This document shows, piece after piece, positions 40,943 to 49,916 of a DNA stretch of 64,000 nt. Under the pieces are notes generated by a model, which saw only the letters and a program-made list of their open reading frames with translations, did no database searches and had not been told where the DNA came from. The DNA is from Lachnospiraceae bacterium (lineage in GTDB: Bacteria; Bacillota; Clostridia; Lachnospirales; Lachnospiraceae): NCBI GenBank assembly GCA_017520155.1, contig JAFXGR010000047.1, positions 5,095-69,094 on the forward strand, given 5' to 3'. The position numbers were made by a program, and so were the translations under genes. How positions within the stretch are numbered: position 1 is the first letter of the stretch; each line of letters opens with the position of its first letter.

Positions 40943-42808
40943 GTGGAACGTTGTTTTATTTTAAATACCGGGATTCATGTAACTAACATGGAAGAAGTAT
41001 TAGAAGCTTTGGAACAAAATATTGAGAAAAAAAAGGGAGATTATATCTGTGTGGCCAATGTCCATACTACGGTTATGGCCTTTCGTGATCCTAGCTATTG
41101 CGAGATACAGAATAACAGCTGGTTGACTTTGCCGGATGGGAAACCTCTATCCATTGTCAGTAGAAAGCGTGGTTATTTGAAAGCAAAGCGGGTAGCAGGA
41201 CCGGATTTAATGCCAAAGGTATTTGAACTTTCAAAGGAAAAGGGATATCGACATTTCTTTTATGGTAGTACAGAAGAAACTCTGGAAAAGCTAAAGCATA
41301 AGATTAGTAAGAAATATCCTTATCTTCAAGTCGCAGGTATGTATTCCCCTCCTTTTCGAAAGCTGGAAGAAAAAGAAGATCAGGAAATCATTGAAAGAAT
41401 CAATGACACAAAGCCGGACTTTGTGTGGGTAGCCTTGGGAGCACCTAAGCAGGAAATCTGGATGGCAGAGCATGAAAATAAGGTAAAGGGAATCATGATT
41501 GGCGTAGGGGCAGCTTTTGATTTTGAAGCAGGAACCGTAAAAAGGGCTCCCCAGTGGATGCAGGAGCTGTGTTTGGAGTGGTTTTATCGTTTAATGAAGG
41601 AACCAAGACGATTGATCAAACGATATGTGGAAACCAATGCCACCTTTTTATGGGAAACTTATCGGGAAGGGAAGCAACTGAAGAAGAGAAAAGACTGTAA
41701 GAAGATTGCTATGATAGGTCATAAAAGAATCCCTTCCAGAGAAGGCGGTGTGGAAATTGTTGTTTATGAATTATCTAAAAGAATGGTAGACCTGGGGTAT
41801 CGGGTAGATGCCTATAACAGACGGGGAAGTCATGTGGCCGGGAAAAAATTTGTTAATCAGATTGGAAAAGTACATCAGGGAATCCGGATTTTGTCCATTC
41901 CAACCTTTGAAAACGGAAAACTGAATGCTATTGTTTATTCTTTTCTTGCAACGTTGAGAGCTTTGTTTGGAAGATATGATATAATTCACTACCATGCTGA
42001 AGGCCCCTGCAGCGTGCTTTGGATTCCAAAACTATTTGGAATACGTTGTGTGGCCACTATTCACGGTCTTGACTGGCAGAGAGCTAAATGGGGAGATTTT
42101 GCAACCAAAGTTTTGAAATTTGGAGAAAAAATGGCAGCAAAATATGCGGATGAGATTATTGTTCTTTCAGAAAATGTACAGAATTATTTCATGGAAACCT
42201 ATGATCGTAATACTAAATTTATTCCCAATGGAATTACCCGTCCGGAAAGAAAAGAAATACAGGAAATAAAAGAACGGTGGGGACTGGAAAAGGACGGATA
42301 CATTTTATTTTTGGCCAGAATTGTTCCGGAAAAAGGAATTCATTATCTGATAGAAGCTTATCAGAGAATTAATACAGAGAAAAAACTTGTAATTGCAGGA
42401 GGAAGAAGTCATTCTACAGATTATTTTGAAAGTTTAATTTCTATGGCAAACGGTAATGAAAATATTATATTTACAGATTTCGTAGGTGGAAGGGTACTGG
42501 AGGAATTGTTTTCTAATGCTTACTGCTTTGTGTTGCCCAGTGATGTTGAAGGCATGTCTATCGGTTTGTTGGAAGCTATGAGCTATGGAAACTGCTGTTT
42601 GGTCAGTGATATAAAAGAAAATGCAGAAGTAGTGGAGGACAAGGGAGAATTATTTCTTCATTCCAATGTAGACAGCCTGGAAGAAAAACTGAGAAAACTT
42701 TTGGAACATTCGGAAGTGGTAGATAAGTATAAAAGAGAAGCTTGCGATTATATTTGTCAGAAATATAGCTGGGAAAAAGTTGTGGAAGAAACATTGAAAC
42801 TTTATTAG
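40943..42808 (+). CDS. Fusion: GT26 (WecG/TagA/CpsF) domain plus GT4 domain with a DUF1972-like N-terminus (RgpA/WchF-type)
   Basis: GT26: CVANVHTTVMA, LPDGKPL, VALGAPKQEIWM, GVGAAFDFEAGTVKRAPQWMQELCLEWFYRLMKEPRRL. GT4: IAMIGHKRIPSREGGVEIVVYELSKRM and DVEGMSIGLLEAMSYGNCCLVSD. GTG start after AGGGGAAAA. Confidence 0.8.
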   Translation: MERCFILNTGIHVTNMEEVLEALEQNIEKKKGDYICVANVHTTVMAFRDPSYCEIQNNSWLTLPDGKPLSIVSRKRGYLKAKRVAGPDLMPKVFELSKEKGYRHFFYGSTEETLEKLKHKISKKYPYLQVAGMYSPPFRKLEEKEDQEIIERINDTKPDFVWVALGAPKQEIWMAEHENKVKGIMIGVGAAFDFEAGTVKRAPQWMQELCLEWFYRLMKEPRRLIKRYVETNATFLWETYREGKQLKKRKDCKKIAMIGHKRIPSREGGVEIVVYELSKRMVDLGYRVDAYNRRGSHVAGKKFVNQIGKVHQGIRILSIPTFENGKLNAIVYSFLATLRALFGRYDIIHYHAEGPCSVLWIPKLFGIRCVATIHGLDWQRAKWGDFATKVLKFGEKMAAKYADEIIVLSENVQNYFMETYDRNTKFIPNGITRPERKEIQEIKERWGLEKDGYILFLARIVPEKGIHYLIEAYQRINTEKKLVIAGGRSHSTDYFESLISMANGNENIIFTDFVGGRVLEELFSNAYCFVLPSDVEGMSIGLLEAMSYGNCCLVSDIKENAEVVEDKGELFLHSNVDSLEEKLRKLLEHSEVVDKYKREACDYICQKYSWEKVVEETLKLY

Positions 42809-42872
42809 TGGAGAAGGCAATTACAAAGAGACAGGATCGTCATATGAGAAAGAGATAAACAAAGGGGTAAAT

Positions 42873-44072
42873 ATGAAAATTTTAATGGTAAATAAATTCC
42901 TATATCCCAATGGTGGGTCGGAAACCTATATTTTTGATGTGGGAAATCAATTATTAGAGATGGGACATAAAATAGAATATTTTGGGATGAACCATAAGGA
43001 TAGGATAGTGGGAAATCGTATGGAAAGTTATACCGAATCCATGGATTTTCATCAGGGAGGCTTGCAAAAGCTTTTTTATCCCTTTAAAATTATTTATTCT
43101 GTGGAAGCACGAAAAAAGATTCGGAAAGTGCTGGAAGACTTTCAGCCGGATGTGGTACATTTTAACAATATTAATTTTCAGTTAACACCCTCCATAATTT
43201 ATGAAGTAAAAAAATGGGAAAGAAAACGAAAACACCCGGTAAAGTTGATTTACACTGCCCATGATTATCAGTGGGTATGCCCAAATCACTTGATGATGAT
43301 ACCCGCATCAGGGACCGTTTGCTTTGCGTGTAAAGGCAGTAATTATAAAGCCTGTGTAAAAAACAGATGTATTCATAATTCCCTTGTTAAAAGCTTGTTT
43401 GCCTCGTTGGAAGGATATCTTTATCATAGGTTAAAAACGTATCAGTTGATTGATCATATTATATGTCCCAGCTATTTCATGGAAAAAATGCTGTCTACAG
43501 ATCCGATTTTAAAACCAAAGCTAATTACCTGCCATAATTATTGTAATCTTTCTTCTAGGTATTCCTATGAAAAGAAAGATTACATTCTCTATTTTGGAAG
43601 GTATGCGAAAGAAAAAGGCGTAGAAATTCTATTAGAAACCTGTAAAGAACTTCCACAGGTGTCCTTTGTTTTTGCCGGTGGAGGACCTTTAGAAGAAGAG
43701 GTAGAAAAACTGTCTAATGTTGTCAATATGGGATTTTTAAAAGGAGAAGAACTAAGAAAGGTAATCGGGGAGGCAAGAGTCTCTATCTTACCTTCTATTT
43801 GTAATGAGAACTGTCCTTTTACTGTAATAGAGTCTCAGGTACTTGGAACTCCTGTCATCAGCTTTGCTATGGGGGGGATCCCGGAATTGATTACAGAAGA
43901 AAAGACAGGTATGGTAGTGGAAGCCGGAAATAAACTGAAGCTAAAACAAGCAATACAGTTTTTCTGGGAGCAGAAAGAAGAAGCAGAAGTTTACAGTAAA
44001 AACTGCAAAGAAAAGAAGTTTGATTCCTTGGAAGAATATTGTGAGAAGATTTTAAAAATATACCAGGATTAG
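42873..44072 (+). CDS. GT4 glycosyltransferase with Cys-rich insert
   Basis: MKILMVNKFLYPNGGSETY, HDYQWVCPNH...CFACKGSNYKACVKNRC, NENCPFTVIESQVLGTPVISFAMGGIPELI. Confidence 0.85.
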   Translation: MKILMVNKFLYPNGGSETYIFDVGNQLLEMGHKIEYFGMNHKDRIVGNRMESYTESMDFHQGGLQKLFYPFKIIYSVEARKKIRKVLEDFQPDVVHFNNINFQLTPSIIYEVKKWERKRKHPVKLIYTAHDYQWVCPNHLMMIPASGTVCFACKGSNYKACVKNRCIHNSLVKSLFASLEGYLYHRLKTYQLIDHIICPSYFMEKMLSTDPILKPKLITCHNYCNLSSRYSYEKKDYILYFGRYAKEKGVEILLETCKELPQVSFVFAGGGPLEEEVEKLSNVVNMGFLKGEELRKVIGEARVSILPSICNENCPFTVIESQVLGTPVISFAMGGIPELITEEKTGMVVEAGNKLKLKQAIQFFWEQKEEAEVYSKNCKEKKFDSLEEYCEKILKIYQD

Positions 44073-44106
44073 GATAGTAGTGTAAATGGAAAAGGAAGGT
44101 GGAGAA

Positions 44107-45162
44107 ATGTTAGTTGTACATATGGATTCAGGTTTGGGAAATCAAATGCTTGATTATGCGGAATACCTTTCTATTCAGTTATCAAATCCGGAACAAAAAT
44201 GCTATTTAGAGAATTTAATCTATGAATTACCGCAAAAAGAGGGAATGATCTCTATGTGGAATGGGTATGAGTTGGAAAGAATTTTTGGAATTAAACTTCC
44301 TAATGTAAAAGAACTTCTAAAAGAAGAGGAATGGAAGGAAGTATTAGAATATGTTGAGAAAAGTGAATTTTGGAAAGATAATTGGAATTTTTCGCCTCAT
44401 ATTATAATGGCTTTTGAGCAACAAGGAATAAGGTTAAATAATTTTGGGAAGGTCTCAGGGAAATTAATAGAGAATCCCACAAATCTAAAAGAAATGTTAT
44501 TTTGTTTAAGAAGATATTTTTTTCAAACAAGAGTAGGATATTTTATTAAACGAAATATGAGGAACGTACTAAAAGAACAAATTATTAAAAAAATGAATCA
44601 AGAGTATAATTTGTACAGAAAGTATCCTCAGGATTCTTTTGTTGGACATTCCTTAAGATTTAAGAATAAGGGATTTGGAATTGAAAAGATAGAAGAACAA
44701 TTAAAGAAAGCATTTCGATTTCCGCCTATTGAGGATGAAAGAAATCTATAGATGCTGGAGGAAATAAGACAAACAAATTCAGTATCAATTCACGCAAGAA
44801 GAAGCGATCTTTTATTTCTGAATGGACATTGTTACGAACATGGTTTTTTCAAGCGATCTGTTAATTATATAAAAAAGAATGTAAAAAATCCTGTTTTTAT
44901 TTTTTTCACAGATGAAAATAGCGTAGGATGGTGCGAAGAAAATAAGAAGATTTTTGGCATAGATACGAAGCAGGACCAAGTTCGATTTGTAACATGGAAT
45001 AAAGGAACGGATAGCTATCGGGATATGCAGTTGATGGCAGAATGTAAGCATAATATATTTACGGAAAGCAGTTTCGGTTTTTGGGGGGCATTTTTAAATC
45101 AAAATCCTGATAAAATAACATGCGCACCGGATATTTCAATTTTATCAACACATACGTTTTAA
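44107..45162 (+). pseudogene. GT11-family fucosyltransferase-like gene interrupted by one in-frame TAG (44749-44751)
   Basis: ORFs 44086..44751 and 44752..45162 are in the same frame and separated only by TAG. The first half carries MLVVHMDSGLGNQMLDYAEY (motif I). The second carries SVSIHARRSDL (degenerate HxRRGDY) and TESSFGFWGA (motif III). The junction aligns colinearly with the intact GT11 at 11795. Confidence 0.7.
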
Positions 45163-45199
45163 TAGAAGATTATATTATTTGTAAAAAGAAGGTATAAAA

Positions 45200-46153
45200 A
45201 TGAATATTAATTATCAATATTCGAGGTTGATTAATAAGTTAGAAAAGCGTTTAGGAAAAGTAAATCTGTTAGACAGTAAATATTTAATTATTAAGAGAGA
45301 ATGTAAAAATGCACCATTAGGATTATTTGGATATTTCATTACAAATGTGGCATGGATTGAATATGCGATTCGTAATAATATGATACCTGTTGTTGATATG
45401 CAGAACTATTATAATTCTTTTCACTCTGCTCAAGATGTAGGAAAGATAAATACCTGGGAATTATTTTTTAAGCAACCAATAGAAATAGCCTTAGAAGAGG
45501 CATTAAACTCTGGGAAGGCAAGATATGTGTGGAAAGATATTCCGGATTATCAACCAAATGAAAGCTTGGATTTTTTGATGAATCCGTATATATTGGAGTA
45601 TTATAAACAGATTGTGAGAACATATATAAAATATCAACCTCATGTTTTAGATATTTTGGAAAGAAAGAATAACGAGATATTAAAAAATAATAGTAATGAT
45701 AGAGTGATAGGAGTCTTAATTAGAGGGACTGATTACACACAGTTGAGACCATATTTTCATCCAATTCAACCTAATATTACAGAAGTAAAAAGTAAAATTG
45801 ATTTATACAGAAAAAAATACGATTGTAAAAAGATTTATTTAGCCACAGAAGATGAGGGAATTTTCATAAAAATGAAGGAGATGTATGGAAGTGACCTCCT
45901 ATATAACCCCCAAAAAAGAGTATATCCTTCCGGGGTATACTTGAATGAGGATAAAGAGTTTAATCAACGAGAACCGTTTCAGAAGGGACTTGAGTACTTA
46001 CAGACAATTTATACCTTATCTAAATGTAACGGATTAGTGGCAGGAAGGACTTCTGGGACGGTAGGCGCCTGTTTATTGTCGAATAGTTTTGAATTTCAGT
46101 ATATCTTTACATTAGGAAGATATGGGGTGGAAGATAAAATTTTGAAGATATAA
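45200..46153 (+). CDS. Uncharacterised protein, distant GT11/O-FucT-superfamily-like (tandem paralog 1)
   Basis: VIGVLIRGTDYTQLRPYFHPIQP and TLSKCNGLVAGRTSGTVGACLL are colinear with GT11 motifs II and III. Paralog of the next gene. Confidence 0.4.
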   Translation: MNINYQYSRLINKLEKRLGKVNLLDSKYLIIKRECKNAPLGLFGYFITNVAWIEYAIRNNMIPVVDMQNYYNSFHSAQDVGKINTWELFFKQPIEIALEEALNSGKARYVWKDIPDYQPNESLDFLMNPYILEYYKQIVRTYIKYQPHVLDILERKNNEILKNNSNDRVIGVLIRGTDYTQLRPYFHPIQPNITEVKSKIDLYRKKYDCKKIYLATEDEGIFIKMKEMYGSDLLYNPQKRVYPSGVYLNEDKEFNQREPFQKGLEYLQTIYTLSKCNGLVAGRTSGTVGACLLSNSFEFQYIFTLGRYGVEDKILKI

Positions 46154-46193
46154 TAATAAAGGTAACGTCCTTATAGAAGTGAAGGGGTAAGAG

Positions 46194-47126
46194 GTGAAAA
46201 AGTATCTAAAAAAAATTAAATTAGTAAATGATCTTTATACAAAGTGGAAGTGGAGAGAGCAAAAAGTTTCGTACGGAAGAGAAAATCCGGATAAAGTCTT
46301 TTATGTCATCAGAAGGGCAGGAGCAAATGTAGGGTTATTTTCATTAGTAATGACTACATTGGGATATATTAAGTATGCTTTAGAACAAGGCTACATACCT
46401 GTTGTGGATATGAGCAATAAAGATAATACCTACATGGACAATCGGTTGAAGGGGAATGTGTGGGAATATTATTTTGAGCAACCTTGTGGATATAGTCTGG
46501 AAGATATACGAAGAAGTAAGAATATTATTTTGGGTAGCGGTATAATTGACGGTACTGTTTGTTATCCGGATGATTCAATAGCATATAATGAGGAACTATT
46601 ATTACAATGGAAGGAAGTTTCAGATAAATATTTGGTTATAAAAAATGATATATTGACAGAGCTTGATGAATTAAAAAATAAAATGTTTCAGGGGAAAAAA
46701 GTTTTAGGAGTATTGCTTCGAGGTACTGATTATATCAGTAAGCGACCCGAAAACCATCCGATACAGCCAACGATTGATTTGGCAATAGAAAAAATTGATA
46801 AAGAGTTAAAAAACTCTGAATATGAATTTATATATTTAGCCACAGAAGATCAAAAGATTTATGATATAATTAATAAAACATATGGAGACGTTGTGGTGTC
46901 AATGGAAACGGAAAGATATTCAACTACCAAAGATGAGAATATAAATGAAATCAGTATAAAAAACATTGAGAATCGGTATGAAAAAGGAAAAGAGTATTTG
47001 ATTAATATCTTACTTTTAGCAGAATGTAATTATTTAATAGCTGGAAATGCCGGTGGTAGTCAAGGGGCATTACTGTTTAGAAATTATGAGAATGGTAGAT
47101 TTATTTTTAACTTAGGAAAATACTGA
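46194..47126 (+). CDS. Uncharacterised protein, distant GT11/O-FucT-superfamily-like (tandem paralog 2)
   Basis: VLGVLLRGTDYISKRPENHPIQP, IYLATEDQKIY, LLAECNYLIAGNAGGSQGALLF. GTG start. Confidence 0.4.
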   Translation: MKKYLKKIKLVNDLYTKWKWREQKVSYGRENPDKVFYVIRRAGANVGLFSLVMTTLGYIKYALEQGYIPVVDMSNKDNTYMDNRLKGNVWEYYFEQPCGYSLEDIRRSKNIILGSGIIDGTVCYPDDSIAYNEELLLQWKEVSDKYLVIKNDILTELDELKNKMFQGKKVLGVLLRGTDYISKRPENHPIQPTIDLAIEKIDKELKNSEYEFIYLATEDQKIYDIINKTYGDVVVSMETERYSTTKDENINEISIKNIENRYEKGKEYLINILLLAECNYLIAGNAGGSQGALLFRNYENGRFIFNLGKY

Positions 47127-47141
47127 TTCAGGAGAAAATAT

Positions 47142-48896
47142 ATGGAACGAATAAAGACCTTTTTTAAGAAAATTAACTATATTTTTGACAGTACAGAAAA
47201 AATAAAGTTTTTGATCTTATTGCTTGGAATACTGTTAACAACTATTTTGGAATTGGTTGGTGTTGTTGCAATTATGCCATTTATCAATGTAGTTATGGAT
47301 CCTTCTTCTATCCAAAAAACGTCCTATCTCAAATGGTTATATGAGTTATTAAAAGTGACGAATGTAAATACTTTTATTGCCTTTCTGGCAGGAGTTTTAA
47401 TAGTGGTTTATGTGGTTAAAAACTTTAGTTTAATTTTATTGTATTATGTACAATATGCATTTACCTTTAGTAGCCAAAAAAAGTTATCAACCCGTATGTT
47501 ACAATGCTATATGCAACAGCCATATTCATTTCATTTGCAAAATAATAGTGCAGATTTAATGAGAAACATAGAATCTGATGTTACAATGATGTTTCAGGCA
47601 ATTATGTCTATGCTGGGACTTTTGGCTGAATTGTGCGTGTGCCTTATTTTGGGTGCCTATTTGGTCATAAAAGATAAATCCATAGCAATTGGTATGGTGT
47701 TAATCTTAGGATTATTTGTTTTAACATTTGCAAAGCCTTTCAAAAGATATCTCACAAGAATTGGTGGGGAAGACAGAGTATATCGTGCAGGAATTACAAA
47801 ATGGCTTCACCAGTCTTTAGGCGGAATTAAGGAGACAAAGATATTAGGAAGAGAAGAGTATTTTTGTAATAAATTTGATGATAATTATTGCAGTTGGTCT
47901 GAAAGAGAAAAAAAATATAGATTGTTGCAAGTTGCACCAAGACCAGTTATGGAAACGGTTTGCATCTTTGCTTTACTCAGTGTAATTATTATAAAGTTAT
48001 TAAACGGTACATCCAGTGCGTATTTTGTTACAACGGTATCCGTCTTTGCAGTAGCAGCTTTTCGATTATTACCTTCAATTAATCGTATTACTTCAAGCTA
48101 TGGGGTGATTATGTTTAATTTGCCTGCCTTTGATGCCATATATCATGACTTGAAAGAAATTGAAGAGTTAAACAGTTTAAGTAATTTAGAAGAAAAGAAA
48201 AGTGAACATCTGATTTTCAATGATTCAATTTCATTAGAAAATGTTTCCTTTTCCTATCAGGGAAAAGAAGATAGTGTGCTGGAAAATATTTCTCTTACCA
48301 TAACAAAGAACCAGGCAGTTGCCTTTGTAGGACCCTCCGGAGCGGGAAAAACCACCTTGGTAGATATTATACTGGGTATCTTAAAGCCTATAAAAGGTCG
48401 TGTATTAGTGGATGGAGAAGATATTGCAAAGCATCAAAATGGCTGGAGAAAAAATCTGGGATATATTCCTCAAAGTATTTATTTGATGGATGATACAATT
48501 CGCAACAATATTCTCTTTGGACAGGAAATGGAGGATGAAAAAAAGCTTTGGAAAGCAGTGGAGGAAGCCCAGTTAAAAGACTTCATTGAAACCTTGGAAA
48601 ATGGAATTGACACGGTCATTGGAGAAGATGGAATCTGTCTTTCCGGAGGGCAAAGGCAGAGAATCGGGATTGCCAGAGCATTATATACTAACCCCAGTGT
48701 TTTAGTGTTGGATGAGGCTACCTCTGCACTGGATAATGAAACAGAGTCAGCAGTTATGGACGCCATCAATTCTTTAACAGGAACAAAAACATTGATTATT
48801 ATTGCTCATCGTTTATCTACTACAGAGCAGTGTGATGTAATCTTTGAAGTGAAAGAAAAAGGCATTGTTAAACTGGAAAGTCATTCTGAAAAATAA
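47142..48896 (+). CDS. ABC exporter, fused permease-ATPase half-transporter (MsbA/PglK/Wzk type), copy 3
   Basis: GPSGAGKTT, LSGGQRQRIGIARAL, VLVLDEATSALD, IIIAHRL. Confidence 0.9.
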   Translation: MERIKTFFKKINYIFDSTEKIKFLILLLGILLTTILELVGVVAIMPFINVVMDPSSIQKTSYLKWLYELLKVTNVNTFIAFLAGVLIVVYVVKNFSLILLYYVQYAFTFSSQKKLSTRMLQCYMQQPYSFHLQNNSADLMRNIESDVTMMFQAIMSMLGLLAELCVCLILGAYLVIKDKSIAIGMVLILGLFVLTFAKPFKRYLTRIGGEDRVYRAGITKWLHQSLGGIKETKILGREEYFCNKFDDNYCSWSEREKKYRLLQVAPRPVMETVCIFALLSVIIIKLLNGTSSAYFVTTVSVFAVAAFRLLPSINRITSSYGVIMFNLPAFDAIYHDLKEIEELNSLSNLEEKKSEHLIFNDSISLENVSFSYQGKEDSVLENISLTITKNQAVAFVGPSGAGKTTLVDIILGILKPIKGRVLVDGEDIAKHQNGWRKNLGYIPQSIYLMDDTIRNNILFGQEMEDEKKLWKAVEEAQLKDFIETLENGIDTVIGEDGICLSGGQRQRIGIARALYTNPSVLVLDEATSALDNETESAVMDAINSLTGTKTLIIIAHRLSTTEQCDVIFEVKEKGIVKLESHSEK

Positions 48897-48908
48897 GGAA
48901 TAATTAAC

Positions 48909-49901
48909 ATGAACAAACAAAAAAAATGGAAATTTTATGAAACGAGGTTCCGTTTTAGAGAATTTTTTTTCCATAAAATCATTAGAAGAAATATATGTGA
49001 GCGTTTTTTTAACTATGATCCCATTATGTATTTTTATGCAAATCAATGGGTAAAAAATCAGAAGAAAACACATCGTTGGATAATTAATAAATTAAACAGT
49101 AAAGAACCTTTTATGGTGGCAAGATTTGGGAATACAGAATTATGTGTTATGACGAATATCCTTAAGCAGAGGCTTTTTGGTATCAGTAAAGAAACAAAGG
49201 AGGACTTTGAAAAGTGGTTTGGAAGGTTAGTAAGCGGAGCCGGTTTTTTTCCTGAAAAATCAGAACTTGCACAGAATTTTACGGATCTTATGCTGGAATC
49301 CTGTAAGGCAGTGGATTTATTGGCCATGTGGCATTGCAGATTGGATGATTATGTAATTACAGAATATATGCCACAGGTAGAATTATCCTATCTTAATCAT
49401 CTTGAACCATGGAGATGTTCTTGCGTTCCCTGGTCCTCGGCTTTAAAAGGAAAGAAGGTTTTAGTGATTCATCCTTTTGAGGAGTCTATTCAGGAACAGT
49501 ATCAGAAGAGAGAGGTTTTATTTCAAAGAAAAGAAGTTCTTCCGGAATTTGAATTAAAGACATTGAAAGCAGTTCAAACTATTGCCGGAGAAAAGGACGA
49601 CAGATTTGAAACTTGGTTTGAAGCTTTGGAATATATGTATGAAGAAGCCATGAAAATTGATTTTGAGGTAGCTATTCTTGGTTGTGGAGCCTATGGATTT
49701 CCTTTGGCAGCTAAATTAAAAAATGCAGGAAAGCAGGTAATTCATTTGGGAGGTGCTACCCAGATTCTGTTTGGGATTAAAGGAAGACGGTGGGTAGATA
49801 ATCCCAGAGCGCAGGTAGAATTTAATGAGCATTGGGTTTATCCAAAAGACTCAGAAACGCCTACAAATTGTAAAATTGTAGAAAATCATTGCTATTGGTA
49901 A
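48909..49901 (+). CDS. Uncharacterised protein, possibly GT-D (DUF1792)-like glycosyltransferase
   Basis: FMVARFGNTELCVM (compare RFGDGE), KKVLVIHPFEESI and AILGCGAYGFPLAAKLKNAGKQVIHLGGATQ (compare GPTAKxLAxxLxxxGxQAIDxGH). Recognised from memory only. Confidence 0.35.
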   Translation: MNKQKKWKFYETRFRFREFFFHKIIRRNICERFFNYDPIMYFYANQWVKNQKKTHRWIINKLNSKEPFMVARFGNTELCVMTNILKQRLFGISKETKEDFEKWFGRLVSGAGFFPEKSELAQNFTDLMLESCKAVDLLAMWHCRLDDYVITEYMPQVELSYLNHLEPWRCSCVPWSSALKGKKVLVIHPFEESIQEQYQKREVLFQRKEVLPEFELKTLKAVQTIAGEKDDRFETWFEALEYMYEEAMKIDFEVAILGCGAYGFPLAAKLKNAGKQVIHLGGATQILFGIKGRRWVDNPRAQVEFNEHWVYPKDSETPTNCKIVENHCYW

Positions 49902-49916
49902 AATAGGAGAAAAAAA

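Noticed and set aside
44749-44751. The in-frame TAG as programmed read-through or pyrrolysine/recoding.
   Set aside because: No pyl genes or PYLIS-like context are visible. TAG is used as an ordinary stop elsewhere in the window, for example at 21224-21226. The catalytic motif downstream is degenerate, which favours decay.
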